Positions 10,224 to 20,369 of a DNA stretch of 64,000 nucleotides are shown here, in pieces (position 1 is the first letter of the stretch; every line of letters starts with the position of its first letter). The position numbers and the translations under genes were made by a program. This DNA is from an uncultured Candidatus Entotheonella sp. (GTDB lineage: Bacteria; Tectomicrobia; Entotheonellia; Entotheonellales; Entotheonellaceae): the NCBI GenBank assembly GCA_965217185.1, contig OZ244252.1, positions 3,136,001 through 3,200,000 of the forward strand, written 5' to 3'. The notes under the pieces were generated by a model. That model did not search any database, was not told the DNA's origin, and saw nothing but the letters and a program-made list of their open reading frames with translations.

Positions 10224-11540
10224 CTAGCCCTTCTCCCCGGCCTCGTAGGCGGCTGCCAGCAGCTCGATGGGGTGGACCACGGGGGCGTTGAGCCCGGCGA
10301 GGCGAGCGCCGGTGCGGAGTTGCATCATGCAGCCGGGGTTGCCGGTGGCAATGACGTCGGGCTCGGCGGCGGCGATGTGCTCCATTTTATGTTCGAGGAT
10401 GCGGCGCGACATGTCCTGGTGGGTGATGTTGTAGATACCGGCGGCGCCGCAGCAGAAATCAGCATCGGTGACGGGCGCCAACTCCAGGCCGGGTATCTGT
10501 TGCAGCAAATCGCGCGGCTGCTGGCGAATGCGCTGGGCGTGCAGCAGGTGGCAGGGGTCGTCGTAGGCCACGCGCTTGGGCACAGGCCCCAACGGCCCGC
10601 GCAGTGGCTCCTGCGCGAGGCATTCGGAAACGTCCTGCACGCGCTCGCTGAAGCGGTGGGCGCGGTCGGCGAATTGGGGATCGTCAGCCAGCAGTTCGGC
10701 ATAGCTCTTGAGCTGTGCGCCGCAGCCGGCCGCGTTGTTGACGATGACATCAACGTCCTGCCGCTCGAACACGGCGATGTTGCGCTGCGCCAGCGCCTTG
10801 GCCTGCTCGCGGTCGCCGGCGTGCATGTGCAGCGCGCCGCAGCACGCTTGGTCGCGTGGGATGCGAACGCCGCAGCCGTTAGCTTGCAGGACCCGCGTGG
10901 TGGCGTTGTGCACGTCGACGAACAGCCCGTCCATGACGCAGCCGGCGAAGAACCCCACGGTGCGCGTGGCCGGTTCCTGGCCGGGCAGGTATTCCGGCAC
11001 GCTGCGGCTGAAGGGCCGCGGCGGCAGGTCCGGCAGCATGGCCTCCATGTCCTTGAGGCGCGCCGGCAGCAGGTTGAACACGCCCACCGCATGCAGCAGC
11101 CGTTGCAAACCGGTGCGCTGGTAGAGACGCAGCAGGCGGAATATTCCGCGCAGCAAGCTTGGATGCGGGAATAGCCCGCGAAACACCAGCCAGCGCAGCA
11201 ATCGTCCGGCCAAGGGGCGCGGCGTCTGCCGCTCGATCTGACCGCGTGCGCGTTCCATCAGGTCGCCAAACTCCACGTGCGACGGGCAGGCCGTCTCGCA
11301 GGCGCGGCAGTCGAGGCACAGGTACATGTGCTCGATGAAATTCGGCGTCATGCCCAGGCGACCCTCGTCCACCGCCTTGATGAGATACACACGCCCGCGC
11401 GGCGAGTCCATTTCCGTGCCCAGCGTGCGGTAGGTGGGACACTTGTCCAGGCAAAGCCCGCAATGAATGCACGTGCTGATTTTCTCCTGCTGCGGGCGAT
11501 CCACCTGATCGAAACCGGGTAACGACGCCTTCGCGTTCAC
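10224..11540 (-). CDS. glcF: Glycolate oxidase iron-sulfur subunit
   Basis: CIHCGLCLDKCP, CLDCRACETACP, CCG domains. Confidence 0.9.
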   Translation of the reverse strand: MNAKASLPGFDQVDRPQQEKISTCIHCGLCLDKCPTYRTLGTEMDSPRGRVYLIKAVDEGRLGMTPNFIEHMYLCLDCRACETACPSHVEFGDLMERARGQIERQTPRPLAGRLLRWLVFRGLFPHPSLLRGIFRLLRLYQRTGLQRLLHAVGVFNLLPARLKDMEAMLPDLPPRPFSRSVPEYLPGQEPATRTVGFFAGCVMDGLFVDVHNATTRVLQANGCGVRIPRDQACCGALHMHAGDREQAKALAQRNIAVFERQDVDVIVNNAAGCGAQLKSYAELLADDPQFADRAHRFSERVQDVSECLAQEPLRGPLGPVPKRVAYDDPCHLLHAQRIRQQPRDLLQQIPGLELAPVTDADFCCGAAGIYNITHQDMSRRILEHKMEHIAAAEPDVIATGNPGCMMQLRTGARLAGLNAPVVHPIELLAAAYEAGEKG

Positions 11541-11543
11541 GTC

Positions 11544-12896
11544 TTACAGTCCTCCTATGAAACGTCCGGGGTTGAGCCGGCGCTTGGGGTCGTACGACGC
11601 CTTGAGCGCCTGCATGACGGCAAAGTTGTCGCCCACCGGCCCCCACACCTCGCAGCGCCGCTTCACCGCCACCGGTGCCCGCTCGATCACCCGGTGACCG
11701 TTGAGGCGCGCGACGCAGGCGTCAAGCGACTGTATCTGCACCACCAACGCCTCTTCGTTGTGGTCACCGGCTGGGATTTGCACGGATACAATGCCGTTAC
11801 CGGCATGGGCATGCAGCAACCAGGGTGGATCAGCCAACAGGGCCTCGATGTCCGCGCAGAAGGCGGCGAGGTCGGTGATGCGCAGGCCGACTTTGGCGGT
11901 GACGGTATCGGTCGTGAACGCCTGCGTTGCCAGGGAAGACCACAGGCGTCGCTGTTCTTCCGGTTGCCAGTCTAGCGTGGCCGTGGGGACGCTGAGGGAC
12001 AGCCCGCGCAGGGCTTCGGCGATACGATCCTTCTGGCCGGTGGACACCGCGGCGTCGCCTTCCAGCCGCGCCAGGAACAGATACGGCGAAGCCGGCACCG
12101 TCACGCCGCCACTGCCTTGCAGCGCTTGCAGCGCCTGCAGCGCCGCGGCGTTCAGCAATTCCAGGCTGTTGAGCCGCAGGGGAAGCCGCAACAGGGCGTT
12201 CAGTACGGGCAGGATGTCGGCGTGACCGGCGCAGGCAATGCCGATGGTCTCTTCGCCGGGCGGCAGGGGGTGAACCTTGAACGTCAACTCAAAGACCACG
12301 CCAAGGGTGCCGAGGGAGCCGATGTACAGCTTGGTCAGGTCGTAACCGGTGACATTCTTGACCACCCGACCGCCCGCCTTGCTGCGGGTGCCGTCGGCGG
12401 TTGCGACGCTGATGCCGAGCACCACGTCGCGCGCCGTGCCGTACAGCAGGCGCCGCGGCCCGCTGGCGTTGGTGGCAATCACGCCGCCGATCGTGGTCGC
12501 CGCGGTGGCCGGCGGATCGAGTGCTACGAACTGGCCCTGCGCTCCCAGAACCCCTTGCAATTCGCCCAACGGCATCCCCGCCTGCACCGTCATCGTCATG
12601 TCGCCGGGCTCATACGCCAGTTGACGCCGCAGCCGTTCGACGCTCAGCACCACGTCCACCCGCTCCGGCGTCGCCCCTAGCGGCGTGTGGCTGCCGCCGC
12701 CGCGCGGAAACACCGTCGCGTCATGCTCGTCGGCCAAGCGCAAGACATCGGCAACCTGAGTTTCGTCCTCGGGAAGGGCGACGAGGCTGGGCAGCACGTC
12801 ATCCACCGCGTAGGGCGCCGCCGCGGCGTCCGTGAGCAGATGTTTTTCGCCCACCACGGATTGCAGGGCCGTTGCCAGGCGCTCAAGCGTGGACAT
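11544..12896 (-). CDS. glcE: Glycolate oxidase FAD-binding subunit
   Basis: GGRVVKNVTGYDL, LNPGRF C-terminus; between glcD and glcF. Confidence 0.88.
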   Translation of the reverse strand: MSTLERLATALQSVVGEKHLLTDAAAAPYAVDDVLPSLVALPEDETQVADVLRLADEHDATVFPRGGGSHTPLGATPERVDVVLSVERLRRQLAYEPGDMTMTVQAGMPLGELQGVLGAQGQFVALDPPATAATTIGGVIATNASGPRRLLYGTARDVVLGISVATADGTRSKAGGRVVKNVTGYDLTKLYIGSLGTLGVVFELTFKVHPLPPGEETIGIACAGHADILPVLNALLRLPLRLNSLELLNAAALQALQALQGSGGVTVPASPYLFLARLEGDAAVSTGQKDRIAEALRGLSLSVPTATLDWQPEEQRRLWSSLATQAFTTDTVTAKVGLRITDLAAFCADIEALLADPPWLLHAHAGNGIVSVQIPAGDHNEEALVVQIQSLDACVARLNGHRVIERAPVAVKRRCEVWGPVGDNFAVMQALKASYDPKRRLNPGRFIGGL

Positions 12897-14361
12897 GGGC
12901 ATCCTGCATGGCCGCGGCGACCGCCTCGTGGGTCTCGTGGTCGGGGGTGTCGTCGCCGGTGACCGCGCCGCAGCGGCAGCGGCCGCGCAGCGGGATGACC
13001 TTGTTGGGGTTGCACAATTCCTGCGGGTTGAACACTTGGCGCACGCGGCGCATGACGTCAAGGTCGGTCTCGCTGAACAGCCACGGCATGCAGTTCTTTT
13101 TTTCCAGGCCGATGCCGTGCTCGCCGCTCAGCACGCCGCCGAGGTCGACGCACGCCTGCAGAATGTCGTGCCCGGCCTTGAGGACGCGCTCGACCTCCTC
13201 GCTGTCGCGTTCGTCGTACAGCACCAGCGGATGCAGGTTGCCATCGCCGGCGTGAAAGACGTTGGCGATGCGCAGGCCGTACCGGTGGCTGATGAGTTGC
13301 AGGCGCGTCAGGGCTTCGGGCAGGCGGGTGCGGGGGATGACGCCGTCGTGGGTGTAATAGTTGGGCGTCAGGCGACCGATGGCGCCGAACGCCTCCTTGC
13401 GGCCCTTCCACAGCAAGGCGCGCTCGGCGTCGTCCTGGGCGACGCGCACGTTCTGGCAGTCGTTCTGCTGGCAGATGTCGGCAATGCGCTGCGCGTCGGC
13501 TTCCATGCCGTCCTCAATGCCGTCGAGTTCGATGAGCAGGAGGGCGCCGGCGTCCAGCGGCAGGCCGGCCTGGATGGCCGCCTCCACCGCCTGGATGGCC
13601 AGGTTGTCCATCATTTCCAGGGCGGCGGGGATGATACCGGCGCCGATGATGCCGCCCACCGCGTTGCTGCCCGCCTCAACGGTATCGAAAAAGGCCAGTA
13701 GCGTCTTGACCGCCTGCGGCTTGCGCATAATCCGCACGGTGACACTGGTGACGATGCCAAAAGTGCCCTCGGAGCCGACGAACAGGCCGGTCAGGTCGTA
13801 ACCCGGGGTGTCGAGCGCCGCGCCGCCGAAATGCACCAGCTCGCCGTTCGGCAGCACGACTTCCAGACCCAGCACGTGGTTGGTGGTGACGCCGTACTTG
13901 AGGGTGTGCGGGCCGCCGGAGTTCTCCGCCACGTTGCCGCCGATGGTGCACGAACCCTGGCTCGACGGGTCCGGCGCGTAGTAGAAGCCGCCGTCCGACA
14001 CGGCCAGCGACAGGTGCAGGTTCACCAGGCCCGGCTGCACCACGGCGCGCTGGTTGCTGTAATCGATTTCCAGGATTTTGTTCATGCGGCACATCTCGAT
14101 GACAATGCCGCCCTCGAGCGCCAGGGCGCCGCCGCTCAGCCCGGTGCCGGCGCCGCGCGCCACGAACGGGATGTCGTGCCGATCGGCCAGCTTGACGATA
14201 TCCATCACCTGCTCGGTGCTGGCCGGGAAGACGACCACGTCGGGCGGCGCCTTGTCGAGCGTATGGCCGTCGCACTCGTACACCAGCATGTCCTCCGGCA
14301 GGGTCAGCAGCGGCTGCGGCGCGACGACGGCCGCGAGTTCCCGTAAAACCGATTGTTCCAT
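12883..14361 (-). CDS. glcD: Glycolate oxidase subunit
   Basis: RGAGTGLSGG, PDPSS, HAGDGNLHP, SGEHGIG. Confidence 0.9.
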   Translation of the reverse strand: MEQSVLRELAAVVAPQPLLTLPEDMLVYECDGHTLDKAPPDVVVFPASTEQVMDIVKLADRHDIPFVARGAGTGLSGGALALEGGIVIEMCRMNKILEIDYSNQRAVVQPGLVNLHLSLAVSDGGFYYAPDPSSQGSCTIGGNVAENSGGPHTLKYGVTTNHVLGLEVVLPNGELVHFGGAALDTPGYDLTGLFVGSEGTFGIVTSVTVRIMRKPQAVKTLLAFFDTVEAGSNAVGGIIGAGIIPAALEMMDNLAIQAVEAAIQAGLPLDAGALLLIELDGIEDGMEADAQRIADICQQNDCQNVRVAQDDAERALLWKGRKEAFGAIGRLTPNYYTHDGVIPRTRLPEALTRLQLISHRYGLRIANVFHAGDGNLHPLVLYDERDSEEVERVLKAGHDILQACVDLGGVLSGEHGIGLEKKNCMPWLFSETDLDVMRRVRQVFNPQELCNPNKVIPLRGRCRCGAVTGDDTPDHETHEAVAAAMQDAHVHA

Positions 14362-14452
14362 GGCGTATCTCCCTGCCAAGTGCCGCAGAGCCTGCCCCCG
14401 ACTTGAGCGGGGGGCGGCTGTGTTGGAAGGTTCCGTGGCTGTATGGAGGGCA

Positions 14453-14481
14453 ATCATAAGCCGGAAGGGGCGGAGGGTCAA
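14453..14481 (-). promoter_or_regulatory. sigma70-like promoter for glcDEF
   Basis: TTGACC-17 nt-TATGAT on minus strand. Confidence 0.5.
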
Positions 14482-14516
14482 TTGGGCCGACCTTCGCAGG
14501 GCGAGCGTATGTTCAT

Positions 14517-14552
14517 GTAGGTCGGATTAGCCGCAGGCATAATCCGACCTAC
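14517..14552. repeat. GTAG-type REP (copy 3), symmetric GTAG...CTAC
   Basis: GTAGGTCGGATTA...TAATCCGACCTAC. Confidence 0.85.
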
Positions 14553-14714
14553 CACTGCAGTTCAACCCACAAATGCTCCATTTGTGGCCGGTTCTGGCCG
14601 GATGCTGCCACCTGCGCTCACCCTGCCGGGCCTCGTTGCCACCAGCGCCGGGGCTGTGTCATCATGCAGCCTCCATCCACGCATTCCCAGATTTCACAAG
14701 GCGGAGAATTCACC

Positions 14715-16496
14715 ATGCGCATGAGCCGATTGTTCAGCCAGACGCTGCGAGACGTGCCCGGCGAAGCCGAGCTGCCGAGTCATCAACTGCTGCTCAAGGC
14801 CGGTCTGGTGCGGCCCCTGTCGGCGGGCAGCTACAGCTACCTGCCCCTGGCACGGCGGGCGCTGACGAAGATTGAGGACATCATCCGCGAGGAGATGGAC
14901 GCCATCGGCGGCCAGGAGATCACCATGCCGGTGGTGCACCCGGCGTCGCTGTGGCAGGAGACGGGGCGGTGGTATCAGGTCGGGCCGGAGATGGCGCGCT
15001 TCAAGGACCGCGCCGAGCGCGACATGGTACTGGCTATGACGCACGAAGAGGTGATCGCCGACCTGGTGCGGCAGGAGGTGCGCTCGTACCGGCAGTTGCC
15101 GTGCCTGCTGTACCAGATCCAGACGAAGTACCGCGACGAGCCGCGGGCGCGCGGCGGGCTGATCCGCGTGCGCGAGTTCACCATGAAGGACAGCTACAGC
15201 CTGGACGCCGACTGGAAGGGCCTCGATGCTCAGTACCGGGCGCATTACCAAGCGTATTTCAACATCTTCCAGCGCTGCCATGTGCCGGTGATTGCGGTGC
15301 GTTCCGACGTCGGCATGATGGGCGGCCAGATGGCGCACGAGTATATGTACCTGAACCCCATCGGCGAGGACACCCTGGTGCTGTGCAACGGCTGTGGCTA
15401 CGCCGCGAATCGCCAAGTGGCGGCGGCACGGCTGCCGGCGGCCGAAGCGGAGGCGCCGTTGCCGAGTGAGCCGGTGGCAACGCCGGATACACCGACAATC
15501 GAGGCGCTGGCCGAGCTTTTGCGAGTGCCGACGGCGCGCACGGCCAAGGCCGTGTTCTTCATGGCCACCATTGCCGGCGGCGGAGGCGAGGCAGACCGCG
15601 AGCGCTTCGTGTTTGCCGTGGTGCGCGGCGACAGCGAGTTGAACGAGACGAAGCTCGCCAACGCCATCGGCGCCCGCGACCTGCGGCCGGCGCGCGGGGA
15701 GGAGATTCGCGCCGTCGGAGCCGAACCGGGGTACGCCTCGCCGGTCGGGCTGCGGGCGGACGATCTGCTGTTGGTAGTGGACGAAATAATCCCCCAGTCG
15801 CCCAATTTGGTCGCCGGCGCCAACAAGCCCGGTTATCACCTGCGGAACACGAACTATGGGCGCGATTACACCGCGGCGCACGTGGCGGACCTCGTGCTGG
15901 CGCGCGGCGGCGACGCCTGCGCGCAGTGCAGCGGGACGCTGCGCACCTCGCGCGGTGTCGAAGTCGGCAACATCTTCAAGCTGGGCACGCGCTACACCGA
16001 GGCGCTGGGGGCCGTGTTCCTGGACAGCGACGGCACCAGCAAGCCGGTCATCATGGGCTCCTACGGCATCGGCAGCGGACGGCTGCTGTCCTGCGTCATC
16101 GAGGAGCACCACGACGAGCGTGGCATCCGCTTTCCGGTCAGTATTGCGCCCTACCACGTCTCATGCGTCGCGCTGTTGCAGCGGGCGCCGGAAGTCGCCG
16201 AGGCAGCCGATCGCCTGTACCAAGAGGCATGGTCGCAGGGTGTGGAAATGCTATTGGACGACCGCGACGCCACCCCCGGCGTGAAGTTCAACGACGCCGA
16301 CCTGATCGGCCTGCCGCTGCGGCTCACCCTCGGAGCGCGCTCGCTGCGCCAGGGCGGCGCGGAACTGAAATCGCGCGACAGCGAGGAGAGCCGCATCGTG
16401 CCGCTGGACGAAGTGGTGCCGACGCTGCGGGCCGAAGTGGATCGCCTGCTGGCGGAAAGCCGGGGGAGGGTAACAGCGGTGCCGTATGCAGACTAA
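14715..16496 (+). CDS. proS: Proline--tRNA ligase (bacterial type with editing domain)
   Basis: MRMSRLF start, THEE, RDEPRARGGLIRVREFTMKD, EVGNIFKLGTRY, GSYGIG. Confidence 0.95.
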   Translation: MRMSRLFSQTLRDVPGEAELPSHQLLLKAGLVRPLSAGSYSYLPLARRALTKIEDIIREEMDAIGGQEITMPVVHPASLWQETGRWYQVGPEMARFKDRAERDMVLAMTHEEVIADLVRQEVRSYRQLPCLLYQIQTKYRDEPRARGGLIRVREFTMKDSYSLDADWKGLDAQYRAHYQAYFNIFQRCHVPVIAVRSDVGMMGGQMAHEYMYLNPIGEDTLVLCNGCGYAANRQVAAARLPAAEAEAPLPSEPVATPDTPTIEALAELLRVPTARTAKAVFFMATIAGGGGEADRERFVFAVVRGDSELNETKLANAIGARDLRPARGEEIRAVGAEPGYASPVGLRADDLLLVVDEIIPQSPNLVAGANKPGYHLRNTNYGRDYTAAHVADLVLARGGDACAQCSGTLRTSRGVEVGNIFKLGTRYTEALGAVFLDSDGTSKPVIMGSYGIGSGRLLSCVIEEHHDERGIRFPVSIAPYHVSCVALLQRAPEVAEAADRLYQEAWSQGVEMLLDDRDATPGVKFNDADLIGLPLRLTLGARSLRQGGAELKSRDSEESRIVPLDEVVPTLRAEVDRLLAESRGRVTAVPYAD

Positions 16497-17005
16497 CGCG
16501 GGGCTTCGTTCTCGGGCGTCACTTCGGGTTCGTCCCGGCGATGGCGGCTTAGGTAACTATCGAGTGACCGTTGCAGCTTTGGCGGCAAATCGAGGCCGCT
16601 CAGGCCGTGGGCGCGGTTAAATTTGTCCAGCGCTTCCTCGTGCTTGCCGAGGCGGGCCAAGGCGGCGCCCCAGTTGTAGAGGGCGGCGGCGTTGTCCGGC
16701 TCCTGCTCCAGGACCTGTTGGAAATGACCTAAGGCTTCCAGCGGCCGGCCGCCGCGCGACAGGCTGGCGCCCCAGTTGATCCTGGCCTTCAGGTGCTCCG
16801 GGTCGGCGTTGGCGACGCGGGCAAAATGCCCGGCGGCATCGTCATAGCGCCCGGCCAGATAGGCCGCCCGGCCTTCCTGATAAACCTGCTCCAGTTGCTC
16901 CGCATCCTGCGCGTCGAGCGGCACCGGCTGCTCGTCCTTGGACGCGCAGGCCGCCAGCAGCACGGTGAAGGCCAGGAGCAATACCCACTTCGCGTACCCA
17001 TCCAT
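16493..17005 (-). CDS. TPR-repeat lipoprotein
   Basis: Lipobox LLAAC; TPR-like helices (ALYNWGAALARLG). Confidence 0.7.
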   Translation of the reverse strand: MDGYAKWVLLLAFTVLLAACASKDEQPVPLDAQDAEQLEQVYQEGRAAYLAGRYDDAAGHFARVANADPEHLKARINWGASLSRGGRPLEALGHFQQVLEQEPDNAAALYNWGAALARLGKHEEALDKFNRAHGLSGLDLPPKLQRSLDSYLSRHRRDEPEVTPENEAPR

Positions 17006-17018
17006 TCTCGCGTCTCCC

Positions 17019-18311
17019 CTACACATACTGCACCGTGTCGAACCGCTGCCGCAGGGCGTGCACGGCGTCCTTGACGGCTTTGTTGCGGATGGCGTCGGCG
17101 ATCAGCCCGGCGAGGTCCTGCATGTCCGCCTCACGCATGCCGTACCGGGTCATTTCCTGCACGCCGATGCGCAGGCCGGAGGGGTTGCGCGGCTCGGTGT
17201 CGGTGGGAAGCAGGTTGTAATTGACGATGATGTCATTGGCCTCCAGGCGCTGCGCCACGGCCACGCCGCCGCCGTGCGCCGCGACGTTGACGGCAAGCTG
17301 GTGGCTCCGCGTGTAACCGAAATCGCGCGCCTCCACGGCGATGCCGGCGTCGTCCAGGGCGCGCCCGAGGGCCTGGGCGTTGGCGACGATCTGAGCGGCG
17401 TAGGCTTGCGCGTGTTGCTTCATCTCGCGGATGGCGACGAGCAGGCCCGGCAGGCTGTGCAGGTGGTGATTGCTGGAGGAGCCGGGAAAAACGCCGCGAT
17501 TGGCCGCCGGCCAGTAGCGTTTTTCGTCCGCTTCGTTGAGGTCGGCGAGGATGACGCCGCGCTGCGGGCCGGGAAAGGTTTTGTGCGTGCTGGCGGTGAC
17601 CCAGGCGGCACCCTCGCGCCAGGGGTCCTGGAACTGGCCGCCGAGGATCAAGCCGAGCACGTGGGCGCCGTCGTACAGAATCGGGATGCCCTTCTCCCGG
17701 CACAGGGCGGCGAGCTCGCGCACCGGCTCGGGAAACAGGAACAGGCTCTTGCCCAGTACCACCAGGCGCGGCGCGGCGCGCTCGATGAGGTCGAGGCTTT
17801 TCGGCACGTCGACGTGGTAGTGGTCCTCGCTCAGCGGCAGGTAGTGCAAGGGGATGGCTTTGTCCGATTCGAGGTTCAGCGAGGCGCCGCGCGTCTGGAT
17901 GCGCCTGCCGAAGACGCCGATGGTGTTGTGACTGATGTGGCCGCCGGCGGGCGTCGAGTTGACGATGACGGGATCGCCGGCGCGCAGGTAGCCGAGGGCG
18001 ATGGCGGTGTTGGCAGCATTGCCGCTGATGGGCCGCACGTCCGCCTGGCGGCAGCGGGCCAGCGCCAGCAGCTCCTCTCGCGCCATGGTTTCGAGGCGGT
18101 CGATGTATTGCGTGCCTTGGTAATAGCGATTGATCTGGTCGCCCTGGTTGGGGTGCCCCTCGGCATAGCGGGCCATGAAATCCGAGTTCTGGATGTCGCG
18201 CACCGCCGCGCTCTGGACGTTCTCGCTGGCGATGAGATTGATCGTCTGCCGCTGGCGCCAGTCGTCCTGGGACGCCACGAGGCTGCGGATATCGCTGATG
18301 TCGACCGACAT
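17019..18311 (-). CDS. glyA: Serine hydroxymethyltransferase, archaeal-type sequence
   Basis: NLIASEN, RYAEG, RYYQG, DGAHVLGL, STHKTFPGP. Confidence 0.85.
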   Translation of the reverse strand: MSVDISDIRSLVASQDDWRQRQTINLIASENVQSAAVRDIQNSDFMARYAEGHPNQGDQINRYYQGTQYIDRLETMAREELLALARCRQADVRPISGNAANTAIALGYLRAGDPVIVNSTPAGGHISHNTIGVFGRRIQTRGASLNLESDKAIPLHYLPLSEDHYHVDVPKSLDLIERAAPRLVVLGKSLFLFPEPVRELAALCREKGIPILYDGAHVLGLILGGQFQDPWREGAAWVTASTHKTFPGPQRGVILADLNEADEKRYWPAANRGVFPGSSSNHHLHSLPGLLVAIREMKQHAQAYAAQIVANAQALGRALDDAGIAVEARDFGYTRSHQLAVNVAAHGGGVAVAQRLEANDIIVNYNLLPTDTEPRNPSGLRIGVQEMTRYGMREADMQDLAGLIADAIRNKAVKDAVHALRQRFDTVQYV

Positions 18312-18332
18312 GCGGGATTCTCCTTGGCGTGG

Positions 18333-19952
18333 TTAATGCGGTTCCGTGGTGGACGGCGGCTTGCCGGTCACCTCGACGAAGACGCGCACGAAGCGGGTGC
18401 CGTCGTCCATGGTGATTTCGTTGGTCAGGCGCCGCGCCGCCTCCTGCAGGAAGGCCGGTGAGAAGTCGAAAGCGCTGACCGTGACGTAGCTCTCGCGGTC
18501 GTGCGTGGTGACGCCGCGAATGACCCATGCATAGCCGTAAACGCGATCGTCACCCATCAGGCCGCACGACGCCAGCGGGGCGAAGGCCAGATAGTACTGC
18601 GTCGGGCGCTGCTGCGGCTGGGGGTAATGCTGGCGCACCAGTTCCTCGAAGATGCGCGTGCCGCGGCGCAGGGCATCGACTTTCGAGCGCGTCACCGGCC
18701 CCCACATGCGGATGGCCAAGCCCGGGCCGGGGGAGGGCTGGCGGTGCACGACCTCCTTGGGCAAGCCGAGATAGGCGGCGAGCTGGCGAATTTCAAACTT
18801 GAACAGCCCGGCGATGGGCTCGATGACCTGGACGGCAAGTTGGGCCGGCAGGCCGCCGACGTTGTGGTGCGCCTTCAGGTTGGTAATCGACTCGATGATG
18901 TCGGCGTAGTTGGTGCCCTGCACGAGGGCGACCGGCTGGCGGCCCTGCTGGCGGGCGTGGCGCACGAAGGTGTCGATGAAACGCGCGCCGATGGTGCGCC
19001 GTACCTGATCGTAGTAGTGCGCCTCGCCCTGCGGGTCGGGTCCGGCGTAGGGCAGCGCCTCGATGTCGGGCAGGAAGGCGTCGGATGCCTCAAGGTACGA
19101 GATGCCTGCATCGCCGAATACCTCTCGCACCTCGGCCAATTCGTCCTGGCGCAGAAAGCCGGTGTCCACGCAAGTGGCACGCAGGCGCGGGCCGTAGGCG
19201 CGCTGGGCGAGCTTGAAGGCGACAGCGGAATCCACGCCGCCGGACAGCCCGAGTTCCACGTCGCCGTGCGGCACGGCCTGACGCAGCCAGTCGGTGCACG
19301 TGTCAACGTAGGTAGCCAAGTCATACGTGTAGTCGGGCTCGCAGCCGGCGAGGGTGAAGGCGATGTGCGCCAGGAAGGCGTCGCCGTTCTCGGTGTGATC
19401 GACCTCCGGGTGGAACACCGCGGCGTACACGCCGTCGGCGCCGACCAGGGCGTGCCGGCAATGGGCGGTGCTGCCCAGGACGTTCCAGCCGGCGGGCAGG
19501 GTTGCAATCTCGTCGCTGTGGTTCATCACCACCGTGCCGCCGGTGTAATCGCCGAAGGGCGCCGCGACGCTGACCTGCACCTCCCCGAACTCCGGCACGG
19601 CTGCCGGCGCCACCGAGCCGCCCAGCTTGCTGGCCAGGAGTTGGGCGCCGTAACAGATGCCCAGAACCACGCCATTTTGGCGCAGTGTCGCCACATCGGC
19701 GTCGGTGAGGGTAGGGGCGCCAGGATTGCCGATACGGTCATCGCCGCCGGAGAGGATCGTCAGCTTGGCGCCGCGGCCGGCAGCGACCGCCTCCGGCACC
19801 TCGGCAGCGTGAATGACGCGGCTGCGCAAGCCGATCTGGCGCAGTTGCTGGGCGATCATCGGCGTCGATTTAGAGCCGAAATGCACGATCAGGACTTGGG
19901 CATCGTCCCGCGCGCCCCAGGCAAAACGTTGGATGCGATTTCCGTCCGGCAT
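18333..19952 (-). CDS. guaA: GMP synthase (glutamine-hydrolysing), divergent
   Basis: GICYGAQ and HPE GATase triad; SGGVDS PP-loop; HHNVGGLP; PGPGLAIR; KPPSTTE. Confidence 0.8.
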   Translation of the reverse strand: MPDGNRIQRFAWGARDDAQVLIVHFGSKSTPMIAQQLRQIGLRSRVIHAAEVPEAVAAGRGAKLTILSGGDDRIGNPGAPTLTDADVATLRQNGVVLGICYGAQLLASKLGGSVAPAAVPEFGEVQVSVAAPFGDYTGGTVVMNHSDEIATLPAGWNVLGSTAHCRHALVGADGVYAAVFHPEVDHTENGDAFLAHIAFTLAGCEPDYTYDLATYVDTCTDWLRQAVPHGDVELGLSGGVDSAVAFKLAQRAYGPRLRATCVDTGFLRQDELAEVREVFGDAGISYLEASDAFLPDIEALPYAGPDPQGEAHYYDQVRRTIGARFIDTFVRHARQQGRQPVALVQGTNYADIIESITNLKAHHNVGGLPAQLAVQVIEPIAGLFKFEIRQLAAYLGLPKEVVHRQPSPGPGLAIRMWGPVTRSKVDALRRGTRIFEELVRQHYPQPQQRPTQYYLAFAPLASCGLMGDDRVYGYAWVIRGVTTHDRESYVTVSAFDFSPAFLQEAARRLTNEITMDDGTRFVRVFVEVTGKPPSTTEPH

Positions 19953-19983
19953 GGTCTCCGACCTTACAAATTGGGCTCAACTT

Positions 19984-20023
19984 GCTCCCTCTCCCCTGGT
20001 AGGAGAAGGTTGGGGTGAGGGGG
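19984..20023. repeat. CCCTCTCCC/GGGAGAGGG-type palindromic element
   Basis: CTCCCTCTCCCCTGGTAGGAGAAGGTTGGGGTGAGGGGG; same family as units inside the elements at 56150 and 63515. Confidence 0.6.
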
Positions 20024-20112
20024 AAATCTGGATTTTATTTCTCTTGGCACGTCTGAGCTACCATCTTATGATCATCATACAAAGAGCCCGAGGGTGCTGT
20101 CTATGAAATGGA

Positions 20113-20303
20113 CTAGTAGCTGTTCAACGTAATGCACAGGCATGATAAGTTGCCTCCCAGTAAGCTGCTGGCCATAAGCTGGGAGGGATGATTGTGAAGA
20201 AGCTCTATGTGGTCCGTTTGAGTGAAGAAGAACGGACCGAATTGACGAAACGGGTCAAGTTGCATCATCTCTATCCCGTGATCAAAGATTGACGCACTAC
20301 TAG
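20113..20303 (+). mobile_element. Internally deleted IS630-family element (MITE, 191 bp)
   Basis: CTAG at both ends; imperfect TIRs CTAGTAGCTGTTCAA / CTAGTAGTGCGTCAA; mini-ORF 20188-20292 joining IS630-like N- and C-termini. Confidence 0.7.
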
Positions 20304-20369
20304 AGCGCCCCGAAGCGTCGTCGGTTCTCGGCGGCGTGAATGCTTCCATGAGCGAGTAAAGGAAACGTG

